From contig JAPEUD010000018.1 of assembly GCA_026026165.1 (NCBI GenBank), positions 124,001-188,000 of the forward strand: a stretch of DNA of 64,000 nt. The letters are read 5' to 3'. Positions 37,121 to 52,039 of the stretch are shown here, piece after piece. This DNA is from Sarea resinae. Lineage: Eukaryota. The first letter of the stretch is position 1. Every line of letters starts with the position of its first letter. The notes under the pieces are model-generated. The model was not told the DNA's origin. It was given only the letters and a program-made list of their open reading frames with translations, and searched no databases. The position numbers were made by a program, and so were the translations under genes.

Positions 37121-38243
37121 ATGTCCTCTGGCACATCACTCCTCCATCATGGGCTCAACAGAGCTCTTCTTCGACGAGCAATGGCCCAATTGATTCCCTC
37201 CAGGTATTTCTAGGCCGGCCCCCCCCCCCCCCCCCCATCTCGCACTATAAGCTTCTCTTTCTCAAATATCTTTCTCCAAAGACCGCACCTCAAACCATCA
37301 AGTTCATACGCTATCCTGCCACTGCCACTTAGCCAGCGTGCTAATGCATATAAATCATACAGGCCCCAGCCCGCCTCTTCCATCCTCCGCGCCTCCCGCT
37401 CCCCCCTAAACCACATTCCACATCCGCGCAACACCCGTGCCCTAACAATCACTCCTCCTCTCTACAAAAAAGGCGGCAAGGCAGCCTCGAAACACCACCC
37501 GCCGCCACCGCCAGCCAACAGCGAAGCGTCCGATCCGTACGACCTCTCCCACCTCGAAGCCGCAAACACCAAAGCGATCGAGCACCTGAAAGACGAGCTC
37601 TCGAAACTGCGCCAGGGCGGCCGCTTCAACCCGGAAATCCTCGAGGGGCTGAAAGTCCAGCTTGCTAAAGGCGGCGGGGCTGGCAGTGTCGTGAAGCTGG
37701 GCGAGGTGGCGCAGGTCGTGCCGAGAGGCGGGCGACAGATCGCCATTGTTGCCGGCGAGAAGGAGGTTCGTTATTGCCCGCCCCCTTCCGCTCTCAGCCA
37801 CCCCCTTTGAATTACCACCGCTGCACCACTCCAACTGCTTTCCGCATTCCCTCGTTCTCCAGACTAAAATTTGACTTACCAAACCGCAGCATCTCAAACC
37901 CCTCACCACGTCCCTCCTCGCCAGCAACCTGAACCTCAACCCGCAACCCGACGCCCAATCGCCCGGCACCACGCTCCTGATCCCCCTGCCGCCGCCGACC
38001 AAAGAATCCCGGCTCGCGGCCCTGAACACGGCCCAGAAGGCCGCCGAGTCCGCCTACACGGCCATCCGGGCCGCGCGCCAGGCCCAGCAGAAGAAATTCC
38101 GCTCGCTCGAGCTCAACAAGGTCGTGCGGCCCGACGACCTGCGCAAGGCGCACAAGAGCATGGAGGACGTGGTCGAGCGGGGTAATGCCGAGGTCAAGAA
38201 GGTGGTCGAGGGCGCTAAGAAGGTCCTGGAGGGCGGGTCGTGA
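37121..38243 (+). CDS. rrf1: Mitochondrial ribosome recycling factor, 3 exons
   Basis: Presequence-like MSSGTSLLHHGLNRALLRRAMAQLIPSR, intron 37204-37362, then DPYDLSHLE...LKDELSKLRQGGRFNPEILEGLKV...KLGEVAQVVPRGGR; third exon LIPLPPPTKESR...IRAARQ. Stop at 38241-43. Confidence 0.85.
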
Positions 38244-38527
38244 TGGAGGTGCTTGGGTGTCGAGGGGCACCGAGATGTAGGGCGTGAGGGGGACGGGGGT
38301 TTCTTGCTTACTACCTCCTTTGGCCCGCAGGTGCGAAGCCGGGTGGCCGATGTGGGGATTCCTTTGCATCGCAGAGGAACGAAAAGAGGAGGCATCTGAG
38401 AGTGTTTATTTCGGCGCTTCCCTTGGCTGACGTATGGACGACCTTTTGCCCTTCCAGATGCATCAGTGGAAAATGTTTCGTGGTGGAAGAGGCTCGGAAG
38501 GGGGTGGTCATGTACATATTCTTCACC

Positions 38528-38616
38528 GAGAGAGAGAGACTGAGCACAGAGAGACTGAGCACAGAGAGACAGAGCACAGAGCACAGAGCACAGAGCACAG
38601 AGCACAGAGCACAGAG
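38528..38616. repeat. (GA)n plus (CACAGAG)n heptanucleotide microsatellite
   Basis: gcacagagcacagagcacagag... read directly; a short related array occurs at ~48714-48742. Confidence 0.9.
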
Positions 38617-39241
38617 GAAGCAAGCGCCCGAACAAAGAAAATCTAGAAATCTCCTTTCCCTTTGCCACATCTATCTATCTATCTATCTATGTACCTCTCA
38701 AACCATCCATCTACCTTACTTTCCAACCCCATCGCTCGAAAACCCGCCATCTACTGGGGAAGAAAGATGGAATATTCAGAAGAATAACATGTCCTGGATA
38801 TCTACATCTCACCATCTACCTATCTACCCATCTACCCATCTCACCATTCTCACTCACAAAAGAGAGAAATAGATATCTCGCTCCTACTCGCGGGTAACGA
38901 CGGCCGGATGTCTTTTCGGCGGAAGTGGGAAAGCGGGTGATAGATCTATCATCTCATATCATATCATATCATACCCACCAAGGCTATTATGTACTGGTTT
39001 ATTTATTTCTAGGCTCTCAAAACTGCACTGCACAGAGGCTTCATTCATCTATATGTTACAACGAGCATACGAGAAGACGAGAAAAACGAGAAAAACGAGG
39101 TCTTCGAGCCCAAGTCCTAGGCTTGAAGTTGAAGGCCAAGCTCAAATCCACCATCGTGTATACATACATACCTACCTACATACATAGACGTATACGATAA
39201 TACACGCCCCGCTCCCGCCTGCTGAAACTCTCGCACATCAT

Positions 39242-40719
39242 TTATTTCCGGGCGCCAGCCTGCTTGCCCTTGGCCTTGGCGCCGGCCCCAGCAGAAGCAC
39301 CAGCCCCAGCCCCAGCACCCGACTTCATGATCCGCTCCGCCGGCAACAAGCTCCTGACCTTCTCGAGCAAGCGACTGCCATCATGCGGCAGATAACTCTC
39401 GTTGCCCCTGACGGCGCGCTGGACACCAGCCAGCACGCCGGCGGTGGCAGCCGCAGCAGCGTGGGGCTGCTGCTTGGGTTTCGGCGGGGCCTCCTCAGCC
39501 GCGGCGACGGCGGGCAGCTCGGCATAGACGCCGGCGATCAATCGGTCCAGGATGTCTTTCCGCTGCGCCTCGGTCAGCGTCTCCAGAGAGACCGTTTCCC
39601 GCTCTACGACCTCGCCCGTGGCGTCTTCGATCTTGGAGGCGCGGGCGTCGAGGAGCTCTTGGGCCAGTTTGATCGTCGTCGCTTGTTCGCTGGCTGAGGA
39701 GAAGAGCGTCCATTTGTCGTGCGCGAGGCGGGCCGCGAGTTCTTCGACGCGGATGAATTCCTCGGGGCGGCGGCGAGAGAGGAGACGGAGGGGTGTTTCG
39801 ATCATGGAGGCTGCGCTGAGTGATGCGACTGTTGTTGATGTTGTATTTTCGGAGGCGGTGGGTTGTAATGATTGTGATGAGTCTGATGATGATGCTGGTG
39901 TTGTTGTTGCTGATGATGACGAGGAAGATGCAGGAGAGAAAGTGGCGATGGGCGAGGCATAGGAAGACAATAGCTCAGGAGTAGGCACAGCGGGGTCAAT
40001 TGGCACGGGCTTCGGCCTTTCGTTCTCTGCCTTCTGGGCGAGATAGGCGGTCTCAGCATCCGTGAGGATATATTTCGCGCCGTCGCCATCCGCGTCGGAG
40101 GCCGCGCGACGGTTTCCACGGCGGGCGGCCCCACGGCCACGTGCGCCTCCTCGCCCACCTCGCCCACCTCGACCTCGTGCGCCGCCTCGAGCACCACCTC
40201 GTCCGGCACCACGGAAGCTAAAACCACCACGGCCTCGGGGCGCGCTGGAGGGACCGCTGGAGGGGGATCTTGGGAAGCGAGGGGTTGCTGCTAGGGAGCG
40301 GGCGTCGATGCCTTGAGGGGCGGGTCTGTTCTCTCCGGATGAAACGCGGGAGATGCGGAAGGTAGATTTTGGCTGGCTTTTGGGCCCTTTAAGACAGCAG
40401 AGAGCGATGTCAGCATCAATTCGAGTCTATGGACAATGACAGAACAGAAGATGAGGGTAGATCTAGCTCTTATTTCTCCGTCCTACGTCGAGCAGTAGCC
40501 AATTGCCAAGACAAAGAAGCTCGGAGAAGCTTGAGAAAGGGCAATATTCTTACCCGCATCATTTGTATCTGCCGCAGCTGCCCTGGAGGCCGAGACATGA
40601 AAGCTCCGTAATGAAGCCGCGATGCCGTCGGCCACTCTCGCAAAGTCGGCCTGTAGCGGTCGGCTGCTGGACGCACTGCCTCGCCCAATGGCCGACTGAA
40701 CCGCGGACCACTTGTACAT
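39242..40719 (-). CDS. Hypothetical protein with a mitochondrial-type presequence and an RGG box, 2 exons
   Basis: MYKWSAVQSAIGRG...LRSFHVSASR...DA|GPKSQ (intron ~40553-40388, GTAAGA...AAG), then GIDARSLA, an RGG tract RGAGRGGARGGARGRGGRGGRGGARGRG, and in-frame continuation into ORF 39242-40006. Confidence 0.75.
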
Positions 40720-41244
40720 GGTGAGGATGTTGAAAGGTGGACGGAAAGGGGAGGTTGAGGGTTGGGACACACGACCTCGAGTATGTCTGGTCCTGTCACG
40801 ACCAGACCGTTCCCTTGGCTGTGAACTTTTGTTGCTTGGTTGCCTTCGTTCGCCGAGAATGTCGGACCCGGTTCACATCACGTGCATACAGAAGGACTAC
40901 GGTGGCCGAGATCCGATCTTGCAGTTGTGATCCAATGTTTACGATAGACGGGTAGGTAGATTAACGATTACACTCTGCTTCCCTCGTGAGTCCGGGCAGA
41001 CAGAGAGGCAGGAAGCACCTTTAATAATCACAATAGACCTAGTTTCCTTACCTTACCTACTCTTCTTGCGATCCTACATCTCCCTCTTTCAGCCTCAAAG
41101 CTCTCACGATCCCCTCGAAGCCATCGTACACCTTGAAGTCTTTCAGAGGCAACATCATCGCAACAACACAACCTCAAACCAATACTCAATCTACACCTCA
41201 CCGAAGCCTCAATCCAAAACTCGAGAGCAACGAGGAAACCAAAA

Positions 41245-41496
41245 ATGCTCCGTCGCAAACCAACAGCCATAACGTTAACCTCAGAAGACGTGGCGGCATA
41301 TGAAGACTACCGGGCCGCCCACGCCTCCTCGAACCAGCAGACCTCTTCCCCTTCGAACCAAGCCGGCAGGGATGCAGCCAACGGTACCGGAGGGGGGGTG
41401 GTGGATCCGAACGACGAGCTGAGACCGCTACCCGGAGAGAAGGCGAGGATTGTGCGGACGAGGGAGGAGCGGATTGGAGTGGGCCAGCGGGGTTAG
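41245..41496 (+). CDS. cdc26: Anaphase-promoting complex subunit Cdc26
   Basis: N-terminal MLRRKPTAITLTSED is the Cdc26 signature; small single-exon protein ending TREERIG. Confidence 0.85.
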   Translation: MLRRKPTAITLTSEDVAAYEDYRAAHASSNQQTSSPSNQAGRDAANGTGGGVVDPNDELRPLPGEKARIVRTREERIGVGQRG

Positions 41497-41921
41497 CTCG
41501 GGGGCAGAGGCAGAAGCGGCTGAAGGAAGGATACGGGCATGGAGATGGAGATGGATATGCGATGTTTGGAGGGGCGTAGTATGGCGTTTGGGCTTATGTG
41601 GAGGATCCTGATTTGCGCATTCTTTATCCTGGGGTTGGAGACCTCGGAGATTCAAGAATGGCGCTCTGTATTGTGCCAGAAGCTATGTGGGAATTCTAAG
41701 GAGGTCTATCTATCAGGTGGTCACGGCACGACTTATGAAAGGACCACCGGATGAGCGAGGTCGATGAACAGCTTGAGTTTCTCATATGTAAGACTGATAT
41801 GACTGTCCTGACAAATATTCAAAGATCTCTCCATCGAGACTCCAACCGTCGCTGTCCAAATCAGACCAGTGTGAAGAGAACCAAACATTTGGAGAGTTGG
41901 GACTGAATGGGAGAGCGCTGG

Positions 41922-42190
41922 TGAGACGTTCGACGATAAAACATCCGAAACTCGCCCTTCGTTGTCAAGTGAATGCTGAGTTTCCGAGATCTATCGTCGA
42001 ACGTCTCAGTCGGCAATCTCCAGAGACGTTCGACGAAAAAAGGTCCACAACTCGATACGCATCGGCAGTTGCCAGGACTGACACCATGGACCTTAAGCCA
42101 CCAATTGGCGACGGGAGATTGGGACATTTACGTTGAACGTCTCTGGAGACTGCCGACTGAGGCGTCCGACGATAAATCTCCGAGATTCGC
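41922..42190. repeat. Nested inverted-repeat element (possible MITE/foldback relic)
   Basis: Arms 41986-42035 and 42131-42180 are 45/50 complementary. The left arm holds a perfect internal 13-bp inverted repeat, imperfect in the right arm. A third partial copy lies at 41922-41955. Confidence 0.7.
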
Positions 42191-42672
42191 TACTGGCTGC
42201 ATCTACCAGCGTTTTAATAGTGCCATGGAATGCGTCTTTGGGGCATTTATCATCGAATGGCCCGTGGCTCGCTCCATTACGTATTACTTCAAGAACCTAC
42301 CGTATACATAACTGGCGTCCACGACTAGAGATGAACGCTATGAGTGAAGACTGAATTGTAGTTGTTATCATTCTAGTGACATTATCATGACCATTGCACT
42401 CTCCGTGCCTCCGAAGATTCGAGATATCAAGATCCTCTATAACCCTCGACCCGGGTCATCCTCGGCTTCGTCGTCTTACATAAAGCATCCCGCAGATGAG
42501 CAGACTCTGAAGGCCGTAAAATGACTATGCAACAACAAGGCGAAAAGGAACCAGAGACTTTTTGAGAGAGAAATCAGCGGCCCAAGGAAAATCGAACGCG
42601 AGCAGATCTGGTCATCGACTCTTCTCCCCTTCCCTTTGACCGCTCATCTTCCACTATCCGGAGCAGAAGCAT

Positions 42673-44952
<2,280 letters not shown>

Positions 44953-45550
44953 GATGGCGGGGATACTCAATAGATTGCACTAAAGAGGGTGTTTTGGAGA
45001 TTGAGGATGGAGGATGTCGGTGAGTGAAGAGTCTCGCGGCCGAATTTTTTCTCGAAAAGAACGAGTTATCGCTTTCCGGTTCTAGGCCCGAAAGGAGACT
45101 AGCGTGAACAAAGCTGATTTCTTTCGCTTCACCCCGTCCAGCCCCTCCCCAGCACTTTTCTACGAGTACCAGTCCTCTTTGAGGGACAGTCCTCGCTCGG
45201 CCAGTTTCCATGACTATTAAGTAGAAGTGGTTGCACACAAATGCACAGGCCTAGACTTCAAGATTCTACCGTGGGCAGCTGGGTATACGCCTTCATATGC
45301 GATTCAATAACTTGACAGTAATTTTTTATTGTAGTAATGGTAGCGATAGCAGTGAGTATATGAATACCTTGCGCTATGATGCCAGATGCGAAAGCCCAAT
45401 AACAACTGTGTCGCATACTGTATTTGCCCCCAGCAAGTGTCCCCTACGACGCCGATGGAAAGACTTTGCCTCCTACAGAATGCCAGAAGACGCCCCCAAG
45501 ACGCCCCAAAAGTCCCCTAATCACAATAGCCTAGGGACCAAGAGAGAGAC

Positions 45551-45581
<31 letters not shown>

Positions 45582-45603
45582 CTTTGTAGCGTCCTGTCCG
45601 TGG

Positions 45604-48548
45604 TCAAGGTTTCATCAGATTGACGTAGATGGTGACCTTTTCCATCTCCAAATCTGGTCCAGGACCAACTTTGGGGCCTCCCCTGGCTGGACATGCAATG
45701 ACTTCAACCTCAATCCTATTCACAATTCCAGGAGTGAGAGGAAGCTGATACAACTGTCGCTTGTCAGGATGACCAGGAGGCATGATCACTGGATTCATCC
45801 TGGTAGTACCCTGTGTGACGAATATCTTATGCTGACGGTTCTTGAGACCAGGAGCAAGCGTGGGGACCATCTGCAAGCAGTAGTGGCTGACCGGAAGACT
45901 CAGCGTGATTGACTGCTGTGTAAGCGTTTCGGACGGCTTTATATCCAAATGGAAATGGCGAGCCAGCTTCAATTCCGGGTGCGTGAAAACGCTCAGGTTC
46001 GGAAGCAGGGCGTCGGACGCATCTGTTGACATCAGCGATAGATTTAAGCAAGTCATAGTATTTTTCATACCTTTGCCTGGTTGTCTAAAAACAGAAAATC
46101 CACCAGGTGTTATATGCGTCTGAAGTGGCGGATGATGCGGAGCTTGTGCGGCTTGCGGATGCGGGCTGGCACTTGCCAGACGGGGGGTTACACTAGCAGG
46201 TGGTGGCATAGGATTTGCAGTAAGGTGAGGGCTTTGCACTGCTGCGTTGGAACTTTGGCTGTCCCGCCGAGCATCGATTCCAGAACTGGTCGGACGAGCT
46301 GCGACAAAGGCAGGAGATTGAGCGACTGGCGTTTCGTCTTTCACAGCTGCTGCCGTCTGCGAGGGTGATGCTGCGGAACTTTTCCGTTTTGGCTCGTGGG
46401 AGAATTGCTCCGGGGCAGGTATAGACTTGGACGCTGCGCTCGAAGCCGGTCTATCAGACGCTGTCTTACTGTTACGTCGAGGAGGTTGTTCTGCAGCTGC
46501 CGGGGCAGGTGTTTCAGATTCGTTTTCCTTTCCATTAGCTTCTGCTTGCTTCTTTTGACTTTTCGCGCCTCCATTTTCGACGCTGGTGAGAGACGTATTT
46601 GATACGATCGGTGAAGGTGCGCTGGGCGTAGCAGTAGCGGCCGGGGCCGGACTGGCTTTCGCGCCGCCCACACGAAGCTTGATTGAAGGCCGTGAAGGTT
46701 CCGGAGACTTCATCGAGGGCATATTGAGCTTCACCCGCGGGCCTGGTTCTTTGACCAACTTTTTGGCCTGAGAAAGTCGCCTCTTGAAGAGATCCTAACA
46801 GCTATTAGATGATGGACTGGGAACGGGGCCGGAGACTGGTTTACCTCAAGGTCTCCTGCTAACACAAATAGCTCGCTTCCATCCTCATTGTATTGCTGGG
46901 CGTTTTTCCAGATCAATCCGACTGCCTCATCGAACGAGTTCCAGCTTTTGAATTCGGTCACTCCAGCGGAGTCATCTTTGCCATGAGCACCCCGGATTCT
47001 CTTCTGGACATCCCTCAGAGAGGCAGGCTTTTTTATGACGGCGTAGTAGTCTTTCAATTGCCGAGAAGGCCTATTCCAGAAGGGTGAAGAAACTTCTATT
47101 TCACTGGCAATCGCTGCGTCAGCATTTGTTGTTCCTCAAAAGGCTCGTAGCAGGAAATATTTACTCGTCGTCTTTCAGATTGATGAGATCGGCCACAATC
47201 ATCTCTTGAGCTTCTTGGAAAGTCTTGCCATTGAAGTCTTCAGCGGTTCCAACTTCATATCGAGAGACAGGAGCAGCGGCAGTCCTTCGGCCATTAACCG
47301 GTTTTGATGGCGTCTGGCGCTCAGGATTTGCTTTTCTTCTGAGTCGGCTCTCGCTCTCATTTCCATCGGCGTTGTCGGCAGGTGCTGTTTCAACCACACC
47401 ATCCAATCCTTCACCATTAGTAGGCTTTTGCTTTGCCATAAAGTTTGATAACATCTTTCGAATGCGCTCGGCATCATCCCAGATCTCGGACCCTCGTTGA
47501 TTGTATGATTTGGCATTGAGAAACATCCGCTTTACATCGTTCTCGAAATCCGTCAAGGTTTGATATCCCTTACGGTCAAGTCTTGCCTGGATAACAAAAG
47601 GATCAGCAATCAAGCCCAAAGAAAACCAAACTAAAGATGCACGCCGTCGGAAATCGGCATGGAGACGTGCGGCCAGCAAACACATTCGACCTGCATCCAT
47701 GACCAAACGACTCCGACTGCCGTCAAGCAGCATTATACGGCGAAATAATCATGCAGCCGGAGTGGGAAGAAACGACGTGAAGTGAAGACGGAGCTGCATA
47801 CCTCGATAGCATCTATAGCAATGGGATCTGAGATTGCTTTATAATATTCGGGCATCTGTTTCTGATGCGAAGAGTCCCCATCAGTAGAGTCCCCAAATTG
47901 ATAGAGGAGTCAGATGTGAGGCAAGCATACCTTGTCGGGAAGGGAGAGAAAGTTTCTCGAAACAAGACGGTTACTGCATGAACATATAATTAGCATACTT
48001 GTCTCGAGATCATTCTTCCCAGAGCGTATACGATAGACTCTAGGCAGCGAACCGGATTCCAAGGGGACTGACCGCTTGTCGCGAGCTTGCTTGAGCATTT
48101 CCATAAAGGTCAGACCGATATGAGTCGCGGACTCTGCACTCGCATTGGATGCATTGCCATCCTAGGTGTTCAACGTCCATTGTTAGTCGATCATCATCTA
48201 GACCATGCAAACGCCTTTGACGCGTTGGCGGTGACATATTGGCCCCCATGCGATGAGCAGGGCAACCCGAATGCCAGCCAGCCCAAGCTTGGAGGTTCAA
48301 GGTGGTCGCAGCCCGCTCGAGGTAGCGAAAGCCGTCGCGGTTGCAGACGCTACCCTTGGGCTCTGCTTGAACCTCGACTTCACCACAACAACCTCGTCAC
48401 AACAACCTCCAAGCTCGATCCGCCACTCGCACCTCGACGGGCCTCGACGAGGAAGTACACTTACAGGCAACTTTCTTCTCTTCGAAGCTCTATCGTCGCC
48501 CTCGGCTGATGCTGAGGTGGCCGCATTGGCTTTTCGCTTTGAGTCCAT
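45604..48548 (-). CDS. Double-bromodomain chromatin protein (RSC4/polybromo-like), multi-exon
   Basis: MDSKRKA...KRRKLP; bromodomain 1 PEYYKAISDPIAIDAIE|ARL...DVKRMFLNAKSYNQRGSEIWDDAERIRK; bromodomain 2 KDYYAVIKKPASL...IWKNAQQYNEDGSELF; C-terminal exon ends KVTIYVNLMKP*. Confidence 0.85.
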
Positions 48549-49846
48549 GACGGTCGGATTTGGTGTCGCAAACGGCCACTGCAATGCGCGATCCGGCAGT
48601 CGACTCTGCGAGCCAAGATCGTGGCTACCAGACTCGGCTTGTCTTCAGTCAACAGCTGGCGGACGCGCAGATCGCGACGGGGACTAGTATCGGCGGGATG
48701 CGCGCGGTGTTCTGGTGCTCTGTGCTCTGTGCTCTGAGCTCTGTCTCTTTCGCAAGGGCGTGAATAAGGATTGGGCCGGGTACGAAGAGAGTCGAGGTAC
48801 GGTACGGCAGAGTACAGTTGTTTGGCGAGACAGACCTCAACGCCAGCACCGCTCCGGCTACGTCTACGACATGTACTGCGGAGTACATAGCCTCTCTTAC
48901 TGGGCTGGCTTGGACCTAGAGTACTCCAGAGTACATGGTATGAAAGTTCACTGTTTTACTGCATCTCAACCTGATCCAGCCTCCAGCTCTCAGACGCCCA
49001 TCCGTGGATCCAATTCTTGGACTCTCATCCATCCGAGTAAGATAAGATGGTCCGCTGATTGCCTCTGATGGATTCCATTGCACTCTCATCGACCGGGCGC
49101 GTCTATCAGCCGCAAGTGCGAGGCGAGGCAGATGCACACCTCTGCGATGGTTTGGCCTGCGAAGTTTGGCGAGCTCACGTGCTGACGGTCAAACGGTTTG
49201 ACATCCATGATGATCGGAGTTCCTCTCCAGCTGTGACTCTGCCTGGTGGTGATGGAAAATACCTACTCTACCTACTCTACCTCTGTATTCCGTACCGACC
49301 GACCTTAAACAAACTAAAATCAGTGATAAACAACATCCCACCACGCCCCCATCATCACATCAACACCATCAAATAGATCGTCAAGTGCTTCCCTCGAGCC
49401 TCTCGTCTTTCCCCGTATCCTCCACACGTCCATATCAATTCTCACCAGCACACCCTTCCCGTTTTCTACAGCAAGTCATCGCGCCATTCTGGTCCTTGGT
49501 CGACCCACTCTGCGGGCGGGACTTGCAGCAAGCGGTGCACACAAGCTTGCAGAGCGAAACCACCATTAGTACCTACCGAACCGCCTCAGTTCCAAATCTT
49601 CCGCCCGCCGGACCGCCTTTCTCATTCACGCTCAACCTCCTCCCCCCCACTTTGCTATTCACCTCCGCATCCACCTCCACCTTCACCTCCCACCGCCTTC
49701 TCACCCGTGTCGCTCGCCCAGAGCTACCCTGCTCATCATCCTTACCTCGACTGCCGCTTCCACACCTCTCACCTCACCTCAACTGCGGTCACCCCCCACC
49801 AGATCCGCTACGACCAGCTCAGTCATCCCCAAGCACCCTTTGAAGG

Positions 49847-50414
49847 ATGATGGCGGACATGGACTACAATAGGCGGAACAAGAAGCCGCGTTTGCTCAGC
49901 GAGCCGGAGAGGGAACGACTGGAGGAATATGCCGACGCCATCCACTACTCTGCAAGGTAAAGAACTGTCGTCACGGCCTTCAAGGTCGCATCTCCTTCCA
50001 TTTGAACATATCGCTGAAGGTGTCTGCGCGTAGATACTCCGACAGCGAGAATGAGTATAGGCACGTCCAATTACCCAAGGACATGCTCAAGAAGATACCG
50101 AAAGATTACTTCGACCCGTCGAAAGGCACTCTAAAGCTGCTGTGGGAGGAAGAATGGAGGGGCTTGGGCATCACACAGGTTCGTAGTCAAACGTCGTCGA
50201 TTTGAGGGCATCGTTACTGACATGAGGTGCGCGTAGAGCCTAGGATGGGAACATTATGAGGTGCACGAGCCGGAGCCGCATATCCTTCTCTTCAAGTATG
50301 TAGCTTGACCATCATCGAACCAGTGACCAGGTGACTGGATTGCAATCGAGACATGCTAACGGACGATATTGCAGGAGACCGATAAATTACCAGCCTCCTG
50401 TGCTCAGCCAGTAG
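49847..50414 (+). CDS. cks1: Cyclin-dependent kinase regulatory subunit Cks1/Suc1, 4 exons
   Basis: [21 protein letters not shown]...[42 protein letters not shown]; stop at 50412-14. Confidence 0.96.
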
Positions 50415-50618
50415 CGGTTTCCTTTTTCTTCCTCTCGATTATGGCGCACGTCCTGCTCTTATCAAATCATGGCGGTGCAATGAGACGCGTCGACGATGTT
50501 ATGGCTCATGCGGTACAATGAGGCTTCTTCTTGCTGTATCATGTAATTAAGCGGTTATATCCAAACCATTTCGAACCGTTCACCGTGAGCATGTGGTGTT
50601 GTGTACCTGACGCTGTTA

Positions 50619-51813
50619 TCAGAGGCCAATGAGACCCCCACCTTCCTCCGGCTTTGTCGGTAACGGGACAACAGTGACGGCATTGCCTATTTTCGCTTTC
50701 ACGGCGTCAAATCGGATATCGACGCCGCTTGAATCATGGTCTAGCAGTGTGGTAAGGTTGACTGTCCGTGTCCTCTTCTGAAGCTCTGGAGAAGGTGTGT
50801 TTAGACTCCAGCCGAGAGATATGTGAAAATGTGACGAGAAATCGATTTTCTTTTCCGTTGGTTGTAGAGATCGTACAGGCTCCCCACCATTTACTGAGCT
50901 TCTTCCACGGCCACCACGGCCACCACGGCCTCGGAGAGAAGCACGACCACGGCTTGCTCTCTGCTCGCGGATCTGGGAAGCGCTAAAGTCGTTTGGGTCG
51001 GCGTAGAGCGGCGGTTGATGGAAGGAGGCAAGTGCATTGTTTGAGAGGTAGAGTAAGCGGTTGAGAGAGTCATTTGCCGGCTTTTCAAGGCGAAGAACAA
51101 GGAACCACCGAGTACCCTCATAATTGGCGACCCAATCTAAAGATTTTGGTGTGACATTGAAGCTAAAGCATTGAATTTTAGTAAGCTCAGCAGCATAGGC
51201 TCAGCAGCATAGGCAGTGATTCGACTTACGGGCGCACCCCGCATCTTTTGACGGCGGTCTGGAACAGATCGATAAAGGGCTGCCGCTGGTCGCCCAGGAG
51301 GACAACCGGCCGAGAAAGACTGACATGAAGAGGCAATTGGGCGCCAAGGTCGCTGGATAGAAGACTGTTGATTGTTGGCTGTTCAAACGATCGATCTGCT
51401 TCTAGACTAGAGAGAATCTCGTCAATCTTGGCGGACTCTGTTGGAACAGGATACCCTCATTATCAGTTAGCCACTCAAGATCGTGCTCAGGCGGCACCTG
51501 GGCCCCAATTGACGACAGCCGAGAACATACACTCGAGGTATAGATGCGTGGGCCAATTCCCCTCAACATGAGGAGTGATTCGCTTTCTTCCTCCATGCAG
51601 GCTTGGGTCGTCCTGAGTACTGACACGTGTGTTCGATGCGTAGAGATCGTGAAAAGCAGCAGGTAGTGGTGGAAGGTCGGTAGATATGTCGGATGGGGAC
51701 AATCGATCGTGTTTTCGCTTCAGCTGCCTTTGGTTTGCAATTTTGGCTTTTGTAGCTGATGGTAAGCTGGGCGCTTCGGACTCTTCTGAGTCCGAATAGT
51801 CGACCAAAGCCAT
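50619..51813 (-). CDS. usb1: U6 snRNA phosphodiesterase Usb1/Mpn1 (2H phosphodiesterase), 3 exons
   Basis: MALVDYSDSE; DDPSLHGGRKRITPHVEGNWPTHLYLE|WYP; two HxS motifs PLHVSLSRP and FHISLGWS; VKAKIGN; stop at 50619-21. Confidence 0.92.
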
Positions 51814-52012
51814 GTTGAAATGTTCATGCCATCAACGACAAGAGTAACAGATGGCAATCCAATTACGGAGATTGGGACGATATCAGATGAGCGGAGCGGT
51901 AACATACGGAGGACTGGATGAATCTAGACCAAGCAAAAAGGTTTACGGAGTACAGAGTCCTCGGCGAACCCCTAGGGCATTCTGAGGAGTATGGAGTAAG
52001 GTGGTGGGTGCG

Positions 52013-52039
52013 CATCATCATCATCATCATCATCATCAT
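52013..52039. repeat. (CAT)n microsatellite
   Basis: catcatcat... read directly. Confidence 0.9.

Noticed and set aside
38541..38616. TGTGCTC(A) repeats resembling Mac1 sites
   Set aside because: A microsatellite between two gene 3' ends, not a promoter; kept only as a caution about motif background.
51360..51420. Apparent frameshift in usb1 exon 2 suggested by ORF 51201-51386
   Set aside because: Careful translation from the splice site is continuous (LEADRSFEQPTINSLLSSDLG); that ORF is a different frame.
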